From: Octopus vulgaris
Taxonomy: Eukaryota
Length of the DNA: 64,000 bases
Direction of reading: 5' to 3'
NCBI GenBank assembly: GCA_951406725.2
Contig: OX597838.1
Location: 23,002,001 to 23,066,000 of the forward strand
The position numbers were made by a program, and so were the translations under genes. The notes beneath the pieces are model-generated. The model was not told where the DNA came from and ran no database searches. It worked only from the letters and a program-made list of their open reading frames with translations. How positions within the stretch are numbered: position 1 is the first letter of the stretch; each line of letters begins with the position of its first letter. Of this stretch, positions 51,604-64,000 are shown one piece after another.

Positions 51604-51814
51604 AAATAAATCAACAGCAACAAAATTCCAAACACAAGAATTACAAAAAGCTGTTGTAAAACCAAAACGAAAAAAAAATGATTATCATTATTAAAACAAG
51701 AGAAAACATCAAAAACTAAAATGGCTGGCACAATTCCAAGACATTGAGTAGCAGCAAAAATTGTTTCGAATGTTTGAAAAAGAATTAATAGTTTGAGTTA
51801 GGAAAAACACAATG

Positions 51815-51845
<31 letters not shown>

Positions 51846-52321
51846 GATGCAACAATCGAAGACAAGTTTGGTTAGACACTGGAATTTGGGTACAGTGGGG
51901 GTGGGGAGGTAGATGGTGCACTAAAAGTAACCAACAACAAAAAAGAAACAAACATACAAACCAACTAACCCAAAGGAATAGGGTAAAGGTTCACTGGATT
52001 TCATTCCTTAGGTTAAGGGGTTACTTCAGACTTGCCCTGGACCAACACTTACATTATCATTTACCATATAAGGGTAAAGACTCCCACTCCCTTTGGTCTG
52101 AGATTGCAACTAGAAAGTTTTCCTCTGAGGCACAAGTCCGGGCAAGGTTGTTTATGGAGGGCCACCAGTCGCCCATGCATACCAGCCTTCCCTCTCCACG
52201 CCACTGATGTTATTCAAGAGAAAAGCAAAAGGGGCCGATACAGCTTGGCACCAGTGATGTCGCAACTCATTTTTACAACAGAGTGAACTGGAGCAATGTG
52301 AGATAAAGTGTCTTGCTCAAG

Positions 52322-53235
52322 AACACAAGGCCAGCAATTTCGGGAGAAGTGGGTGAGAGTTGATTACATCGACCCCCGGTACTCAACTGGTACTCATTTC
52401 ATCGACCCTGAAAGGATGAAACGCAAAGTTGACTTTGGCAGGATTTGAACTCAGAACTTAAAAATGGATGAAATGCTTCTAAGCATTTTTACCAGCATGC
52501 TAACGATTCTGCCAAGCTTGCAGCCTTCCTTACCTATAAATATTGGTTTCAAATTTTGGCACAAGGCCAGCAATTTCAGGGCAGTGGGTAAATCTGATTA
52601 CGTCGACCCCAGTGCTCGACTGGGGCTTATTTTATTGACCTTGAAAGGATGAAAAGCAAAGTTGACTTCAGTGGAATTTGAACTCAGAACATAAAGACAA
52701 AGTGCCACTAAGCATTTTGTCTGGCATGCTAATGATTCTGCCAGCTTGCCACTTTGGTACTACCAATAATAATCCTTTCTACTATAGGCACAAGGCCTGA
52801 AATTTGGGAGAGGCGGGGGGTGGGGCTAGTTCATTACATCGACCCCAGTATTCAACTGGTACTTATTTTATCGACCCTGAAAGGATGAAGGGCAGGGTTA
52901 ACCTCAACGGAATTTGAACTCAGAGCATAAAGACGGACAAAGTGCCACTAAGCATTTTGCTCGACATGCTAACGATTCTGCCATCTTACCTCCGCATTTA
53001 TAAAATCAACTTTTTATAATATTGGCTTCAAATTTTGGCACAAGGCCAGCAATGTTTCGAGAGGGTTTAAGTTGATTACATTATCCCCAGTGCGCAACTG
53101 GTACTTATTTTATCGACCCTGAAAGGATAAAAGGCGAAGTCGACTTTGGTGGGTTTTGAACTCAGAACATAAGGATGAAATGCCACTAAACGTTTTTGCC
53201 CGGCGTGCTAACAATCCTGTCAGCTTGCCACTTTA
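52322..53235 (-). mobile_element. Head-to-tail array of family B SINEs in a GIT intron
   Basis: Four ~230-bp units beginning cacaaggcc...; similar arrays at ~55040-56165 and ~57270-57930. Confidence 0.8.
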
Positions 53236-53799
53236 GTACAACTACTACTACTACTAATATCCGTAAGTTAGTAACAACAGCAGCAACACACTAAAATACA
53301 GATAGTCAAGCAATCTGTGAAAGGGTGGAGGGGAACAGCAATCAGTTAGGGGTACAATGCTGTGATTGATGCAAAACTACACACACACACACCCACAAAA
53401 ACAACCGCACAATACTCATACATATATACACACACTATAAACAACCATCTCCATGGAGACAATAGAATGTTGGATAAGATAAGATCAGAGAAGTGTAAAC
53501 CTACGCCATTCAGATTACTGTGTTAAATATAATGCTTATTAAACAATAGCCTAGATTAATCATGCATTATCTCATAGCTTCCAAGATTTCAATGATGTGA
53601 TTGTTTATTTTTAGAATGACATTGTAGGGTAGGTGTGAGAAGCTGGATCTGGTTGGTTTGGCCGTAAAAAAAGTAAAATATTTGGGTCTGATATGGTTGG
53701 CTGAAATGGCTCCCTGCTAGCCAGCTCTTTGTCAAACCGTCCAAGCCATGCCAGCATGGAGAGTGGACATTAAACGATGGTAATGATGATGATGATTAA

Positions 53800-54021
53800 C
53801 CCTTTCGTTATCAATCCGGCTGAAACCGGCTCTGGCTCTTTAGTTTAAATGTCTTGCTTTCATAAGTTTTGAATTCAAATCTTCCACCAAACCTTAGTTA
53901 AAATTTATATTCCCAACACTAGCTTAATGATAACGAAGTTAATTTTACTAAATTCTTTGTTATAGTTAAAATAATTGAAAGAAACACGGAGCATCTCAAA
54001 ATAAATACAGTAACGAAAGGG
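53800..54021. mobile_element. piggyBac-type MITE
   Basis: TTAA TSDs at 53796-53799 and 54022-54025; TIRs CCCTTTCGTTA...TAACGAAAGGG. Confidence 0.88.
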
Positions 54022-55007
54022 TTAAAAGGGGCAGAATTTGAACTCAGAACGTAAAGACAGACGGTCGTAATATACAAACATTTCTCATGGCACCAGTACA
54101 CTGTTTACAGATGCTTACAGTTTTTATGTTTTCCATGAATTTTTCATGGGTCCCGCTAATAAATATAATTATAAAAATGGTTAAAAATTTTGGCATGGGG
54201 CCAGCAATTTCAAGAGATGGGATAAATCAACTATAACAACCCTAATGTTCAACTGGTCATGGGATTGCACCTAGAAAGTTCCCCTCCAAGGCGCAAGCCC
54301 AGGCGAGGTTATTTTAGGAAGACCAACAGTTGCCCATGTATACCAGCCTCTCCTCTCCACGCCACCAAGGTTTATTGAAGGGAAACACAAAGGCCGATAC
54401 AGCTTGGCACCAGTGATGTCGCAACTCATTTCTACAGCTGAGTGACAACTGGAGCAACGTGAAATAAAGTTTCTTGCTCAAGAACACAACACAAACACAC
54501 ACACACACACAACTGTTGCCATAAGAAGGTTAATGAGTGACAAAAGAACACATGCAGTCAATCAATACATCAATGGTTGAAGGTTCAGATAAATAATTAA
54601 GTTTGTTAATTAGGTTTGTAGAGGTGGGCAACATCCTTCATCATATCATATCCCACTCACTCCACCTTCCATTCTTCCTTGTTCACTTTGAAGCTAAAAA
54701 AGTGGTGCAAAGAAAAAAAACAAAGAAACAAAAAAAAAACGTGATTAAATCAGATATGTAAAAAAAACAAAAAAAAAACAGGTGTTGACACTAGCAGCAA
54801 GCAGAACTATAAACATCATCATCATCATCATAATAATAATAATAATCGTCTTCATGTTCATCATCAGATGATATTTATGCAATGGCAGACTACAACAAGT
54901 GCTGTGGGATAGACACAGAGCAACAAAACAGTGGTAGTAGTAGTAGTAGCAGTGGTGGTCAAAGTAATAGCAACAACAGCAACAATTTAAATAATAATAA
55001 TAATAAC

Positions 55008-55039
<32 letters not shown>

Positions 55040-55909
55040 TCCTTTCTAGTATAGGCACAAGACCTGAAATATTAGGGAGGGGTGCTAGTTGATTACATCA
55101 ACCCGAGTGCATAACTGGTACTTATTTCAATGACCTGCCCCCCCCCCTCCTTAAAAGGACGAAAGGCAAAGTCAAACCCAGAGGGAATTTGAACTCTGAA
55201 CATAAAGGCAGGGGGTGAAATGCTGCTAAGCATTTAGCCCAGTGTGCCAATGATTCTAGCAGATTGCTGTCTTAATCCTTTGTACTAAAAGTACAAGGTC
55301 TGAAATTTAGGGGGGGGGGAGACTAGTCGATTACATTGACCCCAGGGTTTCACTAATTACATACTAGTTTATTGACTCTAAAAGGATGAAAGGCAAAGTC
55401 GATCTCAGCGGAATTTGAACTCAGAACGTCAGGACGGATGAAAACGATTCCGTGGGCTCGCCACCTTAGTAATAAGAACCGTTTCTACTATTGGCACAAG
55501 GCCTGAAATTTTGTGGGACGGGGTCAGTCAGTTAAATCAACCCCCCGGAGCTCAACTGGTGCTAATTTCTTCAACCCCGAAAGGGATGAAGGGCAAAGTC
55601 GAACTCAGCATGTAAAGAGGGACGAAATGCCACTATCCATTCCACCAGCTTACCGCCTTGATAATAATAATAATAATAATAACAACAATAATTTTTTCTT
55701 ACTAAAGGCACAAGGCCTGAAATTTTGTGGGGAGGGGGACTAGTCGATGACATCAGCCCCAAATGTCTCACTGGTACTTAATTTATCAACCCTGAAAGGA
55801 TGAAAGGCAAAGTCAGCCTCGGCAGAATCTGAATTCAGAACGTAAAGATGGATGGATACGCCGCTAAGTATTCTGTCCGGCATGCTAACGATTCTACAAA
55901 ATCGCCACC

Positions 55910-55943
<34 letters not shown>

Positions 55944-56424
55944 TAACAATAATAATAATACTAATAATGATAATAATAATAATGATGATGATAATGATAA
56001 TAATAAATGATGTTGATAATAATAATCCTTTCTACTCTGGGCACAAGGCTTGAAATTTTCTTGGAAGAAGGAAGATAGTCCATTTCCATCAACCCCTAAA
56101 TGTTCAACTGGTACTTATTTCATTGACCCTGAAAGGATTAGAGGCAAAGTCTACCTCGGTGGAATAATAATAATACTACTTATGACTAACACAAAGTTTA
56201 TTATTATTTTTTAAAAAAACAGTGATTTCTAAGTTAGATACAAAGCCACAATAAATAAATATTAATAATAAAAAATAATAATATTAATAAACACAATAAT
56301 AATAATAATAATAATGATCATAAAACAAAAAGAGAGGAAGAAGAAAAGAAAAGAACTGATGAATTCTGCCGAGGCATGCAGCAATAAAAGAATGGTGTCA
56401 GGCAGATAGAGTGACAAGAGGTAC

Positions 56425-56490
56425 CTGTTCCTCTCCTGTGTGAATATTTGATACTGACTGGGCAGTGGGCAGATCGTCTTTACCTTTGCT
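56425..56490 (-). CDS. Git: Probable GIT internal exon (SKGKDDLPTAQSVSNIHTGEEQ)
   Basis: Pyrimidine tract and acceptor ttctag|AGC, donor CAG|gtacct; 66 nt, phase 0-0, no stops. Unique sequence island among repeats. No conserved motif, so it may be skippable. Confidence 0.62.
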
Positions 56491-56534
56491 CTAGAATAAC
56501 AGGCAAGAAACAATCAGAGAAAACTGGGTACATA

Positions 56535-57262
56535 GGATGGTGGTGGTGGTGGTGGTGATGAAGGGATGGTGATGATGATTGGAGGTGATGGTGGTGGTAG
56601 TGAAAATGGGGGGACAATAATGATTGGAGGTAGTGATGATGATGGTGACGGTGATGATGACAGTGATGATAGGAGACAGTGATGATGATGATGATGGAGG
56701 TAGGTGGTAGTGATGATGATGGTGACGGTGATGATGACAGTGATGGTGGTAGTGATGATGGGAGACAATGATGATGATGATGATTGGAGGTAGTGATGAT
56801 GAATGGTGATGGTGATGGGAGTTCATGATGATGATGGTAGAGATGATGCTGATGAAGTGAGGGATAGTGATGATGATTGGCGATCGTGATAGTGATGGTG
56901 GTGGTAGTGGTGATGATGACAAGAGTGACAATGATGATGGTGATGATTGGAAGTAGTGATGATGAATGATGGTGGTGGTAGCAGTGGTGATGAAGATGGG
57001 GCACTGATGATGATTGGAGGTAGTGATGATGAATAATGGTGGTGGTAGTGGTGGTGATGATGGGAGGTAGTGATGATGACGACGACGATGATGGGAGACA
57101 GTGATGATGATGAATGATGGTAGTGGTGGTGGTGGTGGTGGTGATATTAGGCGGTAGTACAGATGATGATGATAGTGTTAATGATGACAATGATAACAGC
57201 AGTGGTGATGATGATGATAATGACAATGATGATGATACTAATAACTGATAACAGTGATAGTA
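56535..57262. repeat. (GAT/GGT)n low-complexity repeat with a recurring gatgattggaggtagtg module
   Basis: Read directly; source of the His/Ser/Thr-rich ORFs. Confidence 0.9.
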
Positions 57263-58618
57263 ATAATCATTTCTACTTAAGGCACAAGGCCTGTAATTCA
57301 TGGGAAGGGTGTTAGTTAATTACATTGACCCCAGTACTCCACTGGTACTTATTTTATCAAAGGATTTAAATTCAGAATGTAAAGAGCTCACCACCTTAAT
57401 AATAATAATTCTTTCTGCTTTTGGGGAGGGGGCTAGTTGATCACATCAACCCCAGTGTTTCACAGGTACTTAATTTACTGGCCTTGAAAGGATGAAAGGG
57501 AAAGTTGACCTCGGTGGAATTTGAACTCAGAACATAGAGGCAGACGAAACACCACTAAGCATTTTGCCCAGCATGCTAACGATTCTGCCAGCTCATCACC
57601 TTAATAATGGTAATAATAATAATAATGGTTTCAAATTTTGCCACAAGACCAGCAATTTTGGTGATGGGGATGAGTCAATTACATCAACCCCAGTTTTCAA
57701 CTGGTACTTAATTTATCAACCCTGAAATGATGAAGGGCAATGTCAACCTCGGCGGAATTTGAACCCAGAATGTAGTGACAGATGAAGTAATGCTAAGCAT
57801 TTTGCCTGGCATGCTAACCATTCTGCCAGCTCGCCGCCTCAATAATAATAATAATAATAATAATAAAATAATGATCTCTTCAATGATAGGTATAAGGCCT
57901 ATAATTTGAGGGAGGGGCTGGTCGGTTACATTGTCCTCAGTAATATAGTATAGTAGAAGACATTTGCCAAGGGTACCATGCAGTGGGACTGAACCCAGAA
58001 CCATGTGGTTGGGAAGCAAGCTTCTTACCACACAGCTACACTTGTGCCTGTGATGATCATAGAGATGATGATGGTCTTTTTCATTTCTAGCTTAACCACA
58101 GTTCAACTCTCATCAAGTAGCTCTACGACCAAAAGCATTCCATAAGTGGCCATCCTAACAGTTCCCTATCTGCAAGGGAACCCATGACCATATTTCTCAA
58201 ATGTAGGCTTTTCTAAGATAACTGAGTGGGATTTGGGGGAGGTTTAGCTACTGTTTCTAGCAGGCTGAGCACCATAAAAGCTCGTTTGTTATCTCATTAC
58301 TTGTAAGCAGCAGTTAGTGCTGTTGGTGTTTAACCCCAGGTCAACTCCACTCCAGGAAACCTATGATCAAAGATGTTCCAGATATAACCTTCATGTCATC
58401 ATTTAAAAAAAATATGATTTGAGAAAGGAGGGATTTGGCTGCTGTATCTAGGAAACCAAAAGACCACATAGAAGCTCTCCAGCAATAGTAATTGTGGTGG
58501 TGGTCATGGCAACAACAAATGGAGATAGAGCTACAAACATCAATTAAAAGGTGGTACTAGTAGTAGTAAATATTACTCCATACACAGAGATAATGAGCAG
58601 TAATTAAAACTAATAATA

Positions 58619-58792
58619 CAGTAATCCCTCGACCATCGTGGGTGTCAGGTTCCCAACTCCCCGCAATAGGTGAAAATCCGTGAAGTGGAAACAGTACTGC
58701 ACTGTATAATTTTTTAAATCATTTTCATAATTTGTATATATTTATTTTATTATAAAGGGAAAATGACACCACAGTATGGCAAGGGATTGCTG
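58619..58792. mobile_element. Tigger/pogo-like MITE
   Basis: TA|CAGTAATCCCTCG...CAAGGGATTGCTG|TA imperfect TIRs. Confidence 0.7.
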
Positions 58793-58857
58793 TATGTATA
58801 TATATATATATACACACACACACACATATATATATACACACATACATATATATCTAT

Positions 58858-58922
<65 letters not shown>

Positions 58923-59450
58923 CATCGAGTATGGCCATTGCACGAAGCTTAATCAATGTAGTTATCGTGCAATGCCTGTGCAAGAAGATACTTTTTAAAG
59001 TGAGGAAAGGCTGTGCACTGAGTCAATCCCACTCACTAAGCAACAGCAGCCATAATCCGAAAAGAAGAACAAGTGAACATCATCGGTAACCACTGAGTCG
59101 CAGGTTTTATGTCGGAGTTATCCTAGTTACCTGAGTTACCTTCTCCCAGAAGGATGCCCTAAGAAAGGCTAGAAGTCCTTCACTTCTAATGGTTTAACCA
59201 CGCAATTGGATTTTCAGTCCGATCATTTCTATGTCTCTGCGCATGATACAGCCTTAAGACATTTATTGGATGGCCGTTGACTCTCAAGAGTTCCTCCGCC
59301 CATTGACGGGTTTTGTTTTTCATCCCGCAGGGTGTCCAATAAACACCCTCCTCACCAAGCAAGCTTGGTGTGGTTGCCGGTTTAGTCGCCGACGACCCGA
59401 CCATGCAACAGGTTGTACTGGGTTACATGTTACCAGTAGCACTCAAAAGT

Positions 59451-59492
<42 letters not shown>

Positions 59493-60499
59493 TACATAGA
59501 TATACATACATATATATATATATATACATACATATATATATATACATACAGTTGGCGTTAGGAAGGGCATCCAGCCGTAGAAACACTGCCAGATCAGACT
59601 GGGCCTGATGCAGTCTTCTGGCTTCACAGACCCCAGTTGAACTATCCAACCCATGCTAGCATGGAAAGCGGACGCTAAATGATGATGATGATGATATATA
59701 CATGTAAGGTTAGAATAAAACCCACAAGTCTTGTTAATTACAGCTACTCTGGGTTTTGTGGCCAAAACATTTATTTCGCCATTTTCCAAGCTGAGGAGAT
59801 GGCGGTCTGACAGTTACTTTAAAACAGATGAAGTTTAAGCATTTAAGCTGCAGAATGTCCATAAGAAAGATGAACATTCTAAAGTTTAAACTTCACAGAG
59901 GAGATAACCAACAGTATGTAAGTATTTATGGATGGATGGATTGAGGGAAGGAGAGAGGGAGAGAAAAAGTAGGTGGGAAACATGATAAAAGGTGATGAAG
60001 AGGAAGAAGTTGTGGAAGATGATGATGACTGTAAGGTGTATACATACTGCTGTCAGTATTGAGAAAATATATATACACACACGCACACAAAAAAAATTTT
60101 TAAAGTACATTGTCATTCTTTTCTGTCCCTCTGATACAATATAGCCTCACACCTTGACAGTAATAAACACATATAACACCCATATACCAAATGCAGACAT
60201 ATACTACCAATGACACATCTTTACACACACCATCATCGCCAAATGCACATGCAATCACACACACCGTCATGATCACAAAACACATCATCATCATCATCAA
60301 ATGAACACTCCCCACCATATACACACCTCATCACCAAACACACATGCTATCAAAAACACACACACCGCCAAATACACATGCACACCATCAAACACATGCA
60401 TGCACACCGCCAAATACACACGCACACTGCCACATACACATATACACTGTTAAATACACACACATACTCACCGTCAGGTACAGTACTCCATCCAATGCA

Positions 60500-62265
60500 T
60501 ACACACACACACACACACCAACCATCAAATACACACACACACACTCACCAACCATCAAATAGACACACAGACACCAACCATCAAATACACACACACATAT
60601 CCCAACCATCAAATACACACACACATCCCAACCATCAAATACACACACACATCCCAACCATCAAACACACACACACACACACCAACCATCAAACACACAC
60701 ACACACATCCCAACCATCAAACACACACACATCCCAACCATCAAACACACACACACACACACCAACCATCAAACACACACACACCAACCATCAAATACAC
60801 ACACACACCAACCATCAAATACACACACACACCAACCATCAAATACGCACACACACCAACCATCAAATACACACACACACCAACCATCAAATACACACAC
60901 ACACCAACCATCAAATACACACAGCACACACACCAACCATCAAATACACACAGCACACACACACCAACCACCAAATACACACACACACACCAACCATCAA
61001 ATACACACACACACCAACCATCAAATACACACACACACCAACCATCAAATACACACAGCACACACCAACCATCAAATACACACAGCACACACACCAACCA
61101 TCAAATACACACAGCACACACACCAACCACCAAATACACACACACACACCAACCAGCAAATACGCACACACACCAACCATCAAATACACACACACACCAA
61201 CCATCAAATACACACAGCACACACCAACCATCAAATACACACAGCACACACACCAACCATCAAATACACACAGCACACACACACCAACCACCAAATACAC
61301 ACACACACCAACCATCAAATACACACACACACCAACCATCAAATACACACACACACACCAACCATCAAATACACACACACACCAACCATCAAATACACAC
61401 ACACACCAACCATCAAATAAACACACACACACACCAACCATCAAATACACACACACACACCAACCATCAAATACACACACACACACCAACAAATACACAC
61501 ACACACACCAACCATCAAATACACAAAGCACACACACCAACCATCAAATACACAAAGCACACACACCAACCATCAAATACACACACACACACACACCAAC
61601 CATCAAATACACACACACACCAAACCATCAAATACACACACACACACACACCAACCATCAAATACATACACACACACCAACCATCAAATACACACACACA
61701 CACCAACCATCAAATACACATACACACACCAACCATCAAATACACACACACACACACCAACCATCAAATACACACACACACACACACCAACCATCAAATA
61801 CACACACACACACACCAACCATCAAATACACACACACACACACACCAACCATCAAATACACACACACACACACACCAACCATCAAATACACACACACACA
61901 CACACCAACCATCAAATACACACACACACACCATCAAATACACACACACACACCAACTATCAAATACACATACACACACCAACCATCAAGTACACACACA
62001 CACACACACACCAACCATCAAATACACACACACACACACACCAACCATCAAATACACACACACACACACCAACCATCAAATATACACACACACACACACC
62101 AACCATCAAATACACACACACACACTCACCAACCATCAAATACACACACACCAGCCATCAAATACACACACACATACACACATCCCAATCATCAAATACA
62201 CACACACACACACCAACCATCAAGTACACACACACACACACACACACCAACCACCAAATACACGC
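60500..62265. repeat. Compound satellite [CCAACCATCAAATA(CA)n]n
   Basis: Constant ~14-bp core separated by variable-length CA runs over ~1.75 kb. Confidence 0.95.
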
Positions 62266-62293
62266 GCACGCCTGCGCATTACTGAGAACTTAC

Positions 62294-62629
62294 CATCTTA
62301 TGCTCGGCCTGTCTCTGGTAATTTCGGGGTTCAAACATCGATCGGGGTCGTGCACTTCCGGGCATTCGTTTCAGATCGGCCGGGGAAGACGATGCAGACA
62401 GTCGTAGGCCAGCCCCGCCTACACTACCACCACCACCACCACCAACACCGCCTCCACCTGCTCCGTTCAGAAGGAAGCCACCGGCAGGCAAGTTATTGTT
62501 GATGTTGTTGTTGTTGATGTTGTTATTGTTGTTGTGACTGCCACCACTGCCCCTACTACCACCTCCAATGCCACCGCCGCTTGACTTGTCCTGCTTCAAC
62601 AAAGAATTCTCTTCAACCAAGCTGTTCAC
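62294..62629 (-). CDS. Git: GIT (ARF GTPase-activating protein) internal exon: end of coiled coil, Gly/Asn low-complexity linker, RPRSMFE motif
   Basis: Acceptor gtttcag|GTG and donor ATG|gtaagt; 336 nt, phase 0-0. Translates VNSLVEENSLLKQ...SARPRSMFEPRNYQRQAEHKM, in frame with the downstream GIT exons. Confidence 0.85.
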
Positions 62630-62739
62630 CTGAAACGGACAAGACACACAGACATAAACATACATGAAGACATTTTGTAGCTTAACCTTCAAAACCAATT
62701 CTAAAATTTCTCATGACTTTTAATCTTTTAACATTTAAT

Positions 62740-63445
62740 ATTTGGTCATACCCAGCATTCAATATCCGGCCATACCCAGCATTAAATATCCGGCCATACC
62801 CAGCATTAAATATCCGGTCATACCCAGCTTTCAATATCCGGTCATACCCAGCATTCAATATCCAGCCATACCCAGCATTCAATATCCGGCCATACTCAGC
62901 ATTCAATATCCGGCCATACTCAGCATTCAATATCCGGCCATACCCAGCTTTCAATATCCAGTCATACCCAGTATTCAGTATCCGGTCATACCCAGCATTC
63001 AATATCCAGTCATACCCAGCTTTCAATATCCGGTCATACCCAGCATTCAATATCCGGTCATACCCAGCATTCAATATCCGGTCATACCCAGCATTCAATA
63101 TCCGGCCATACCCAGCATTCAATATCCGGTCATACCCAGCATTCAATATCCGGTCATACCCAGCATTCAATATCCAGTCATACCCAGCATTCAATATCCA
63201 GTCATACCCAGCATTCAATATCCGGTCATACCCAGCATCCGATATCCAGCCATACCCAGCATTCAATATCCAGCCATACCCAGCATTCAATATCCAGCCA
63301 TACCCAGCATTCAATATCCAGCCATACTCAGCGTTCAATATCCGGCCATACCCAGCTTTCAATATCCGGGCATACCCAGCATTCAATATCCGGCCATACC
63401 CAGCATTCAATATCTGGTCATACCCAGCATTCAATATTTGGTCAT
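62740..63445. repeat. 24-bp minisatellite (CATACCCAGCATTCAATATCCGGY)n, ~29 copies
   Basis: Exact 24-bp periodicity, giving 8-aa repeats in three ORFs. Confidence 0.95.
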
Positions 63446-64000
63446 TGGTTTCAAATTTTGGCAAAAGTCCAGCAATTTCGATGTTCAACTGGTCCTTATT
63501 TTATCAACCCTGAAAGGATCAAAGGCAAAGTCAACCTCGGCAAAATTTAAACTCAGAACACGGAAAGAGACAAACCATTCTGCCAGCCCACTGCCTTCAC
63601 ATAGATTCCGAATATTGGTAACAAGGAACAAGAAATCCATGCAATTTGAGTTGAAAGAAAAATTGATAAACACACATCCATCATACTTTTTTGTACTATA
63701 GGCCCAAAGGCTGTAAGAACAGCAGAATCATTAGCACAGCAGACAAAGTGGTTAGCAGCATTTATTCCAATTCTTTGCTTTCTGAGTTCAAACGCCATCA
63801 AAATCAACTTTTACCTTTCATCCCTCTGAATTTAATAAAAAATACCAGTCATTTACTGGGGTCATTGTAATCAACTTGCCCCCTTCCCTGCAAAATCGCT
63901 AGCCTTGAACCCTACAACAGACCAGCATCCCGTTCAGTGGGGTAATGTTGTGAGCTTGGTCACTTAAGCACCATTGGAAATGGGTAACCAGCCCTTATGA

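Noticed and set aside
56480-57301. His/Ser/Thr-rich ORFs on the GIT strand
   Set aside because: Trinucleotide low-complexity sequence; the plausible exon starts at the acceptor at 56490, downstream of it.
60500-62265. CRISPR-like look (constant core with variable spacers)
   Set aside because: The spacers are only (CA)n length variants; eukaryotic context and no cas genes.
60378-62285. 635-aa His/Thr-rich ORF
   Set aside because: Translation of a CA-rich satellite that lacks stop codons; antisense within a GIT intron.
62682-63701. Three overlapping 266-319 aa ORFs with 8-aa repeats
   Set aside because: A consequence of a 24-bp unit without stops; open on both strands, with no splice or domain support.

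Overview
AT-rich, microsatellite-dense eukaryotic genomic DNA, most likely an octopus (inferred from the repeat families, not from a search). The only host gene I can support is the 3' half of an ARF GTPase-activating protein GIT (single invertebrate Git, ortholog of GIT1/GIT2) on the minus strand. It has six phase-consistent exons from 62629 down to the stop at 45194, ending in the C-terminal paxillin-binding domain; the 5' exons lie beyond the window. The rest is a nested landscape of mobile DNA: a full-length frameshifted mariner and a decayed one, RTE and Penelope-like relics (several with hammerhead-like cores), a miniature LTR element, Helitron/Helentron-type elements, Tc2-, Tigger-, hAT- and piggyBac-type MITEs, foldback elements, three high-copy SINE-like families, satellites and tandem duplications. 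Nearly all long ORFs in the track are repeat artefacts. I found no convincing new biological system. The most unusual observations are a MITE bordered exactly by a 135-bp direct duplication, a twin-priming-like inverted RTE LINE, a TRIM-like LTR element, a GIT exon sandwiched between two satellites, and inverted repeats inside GIT introns.
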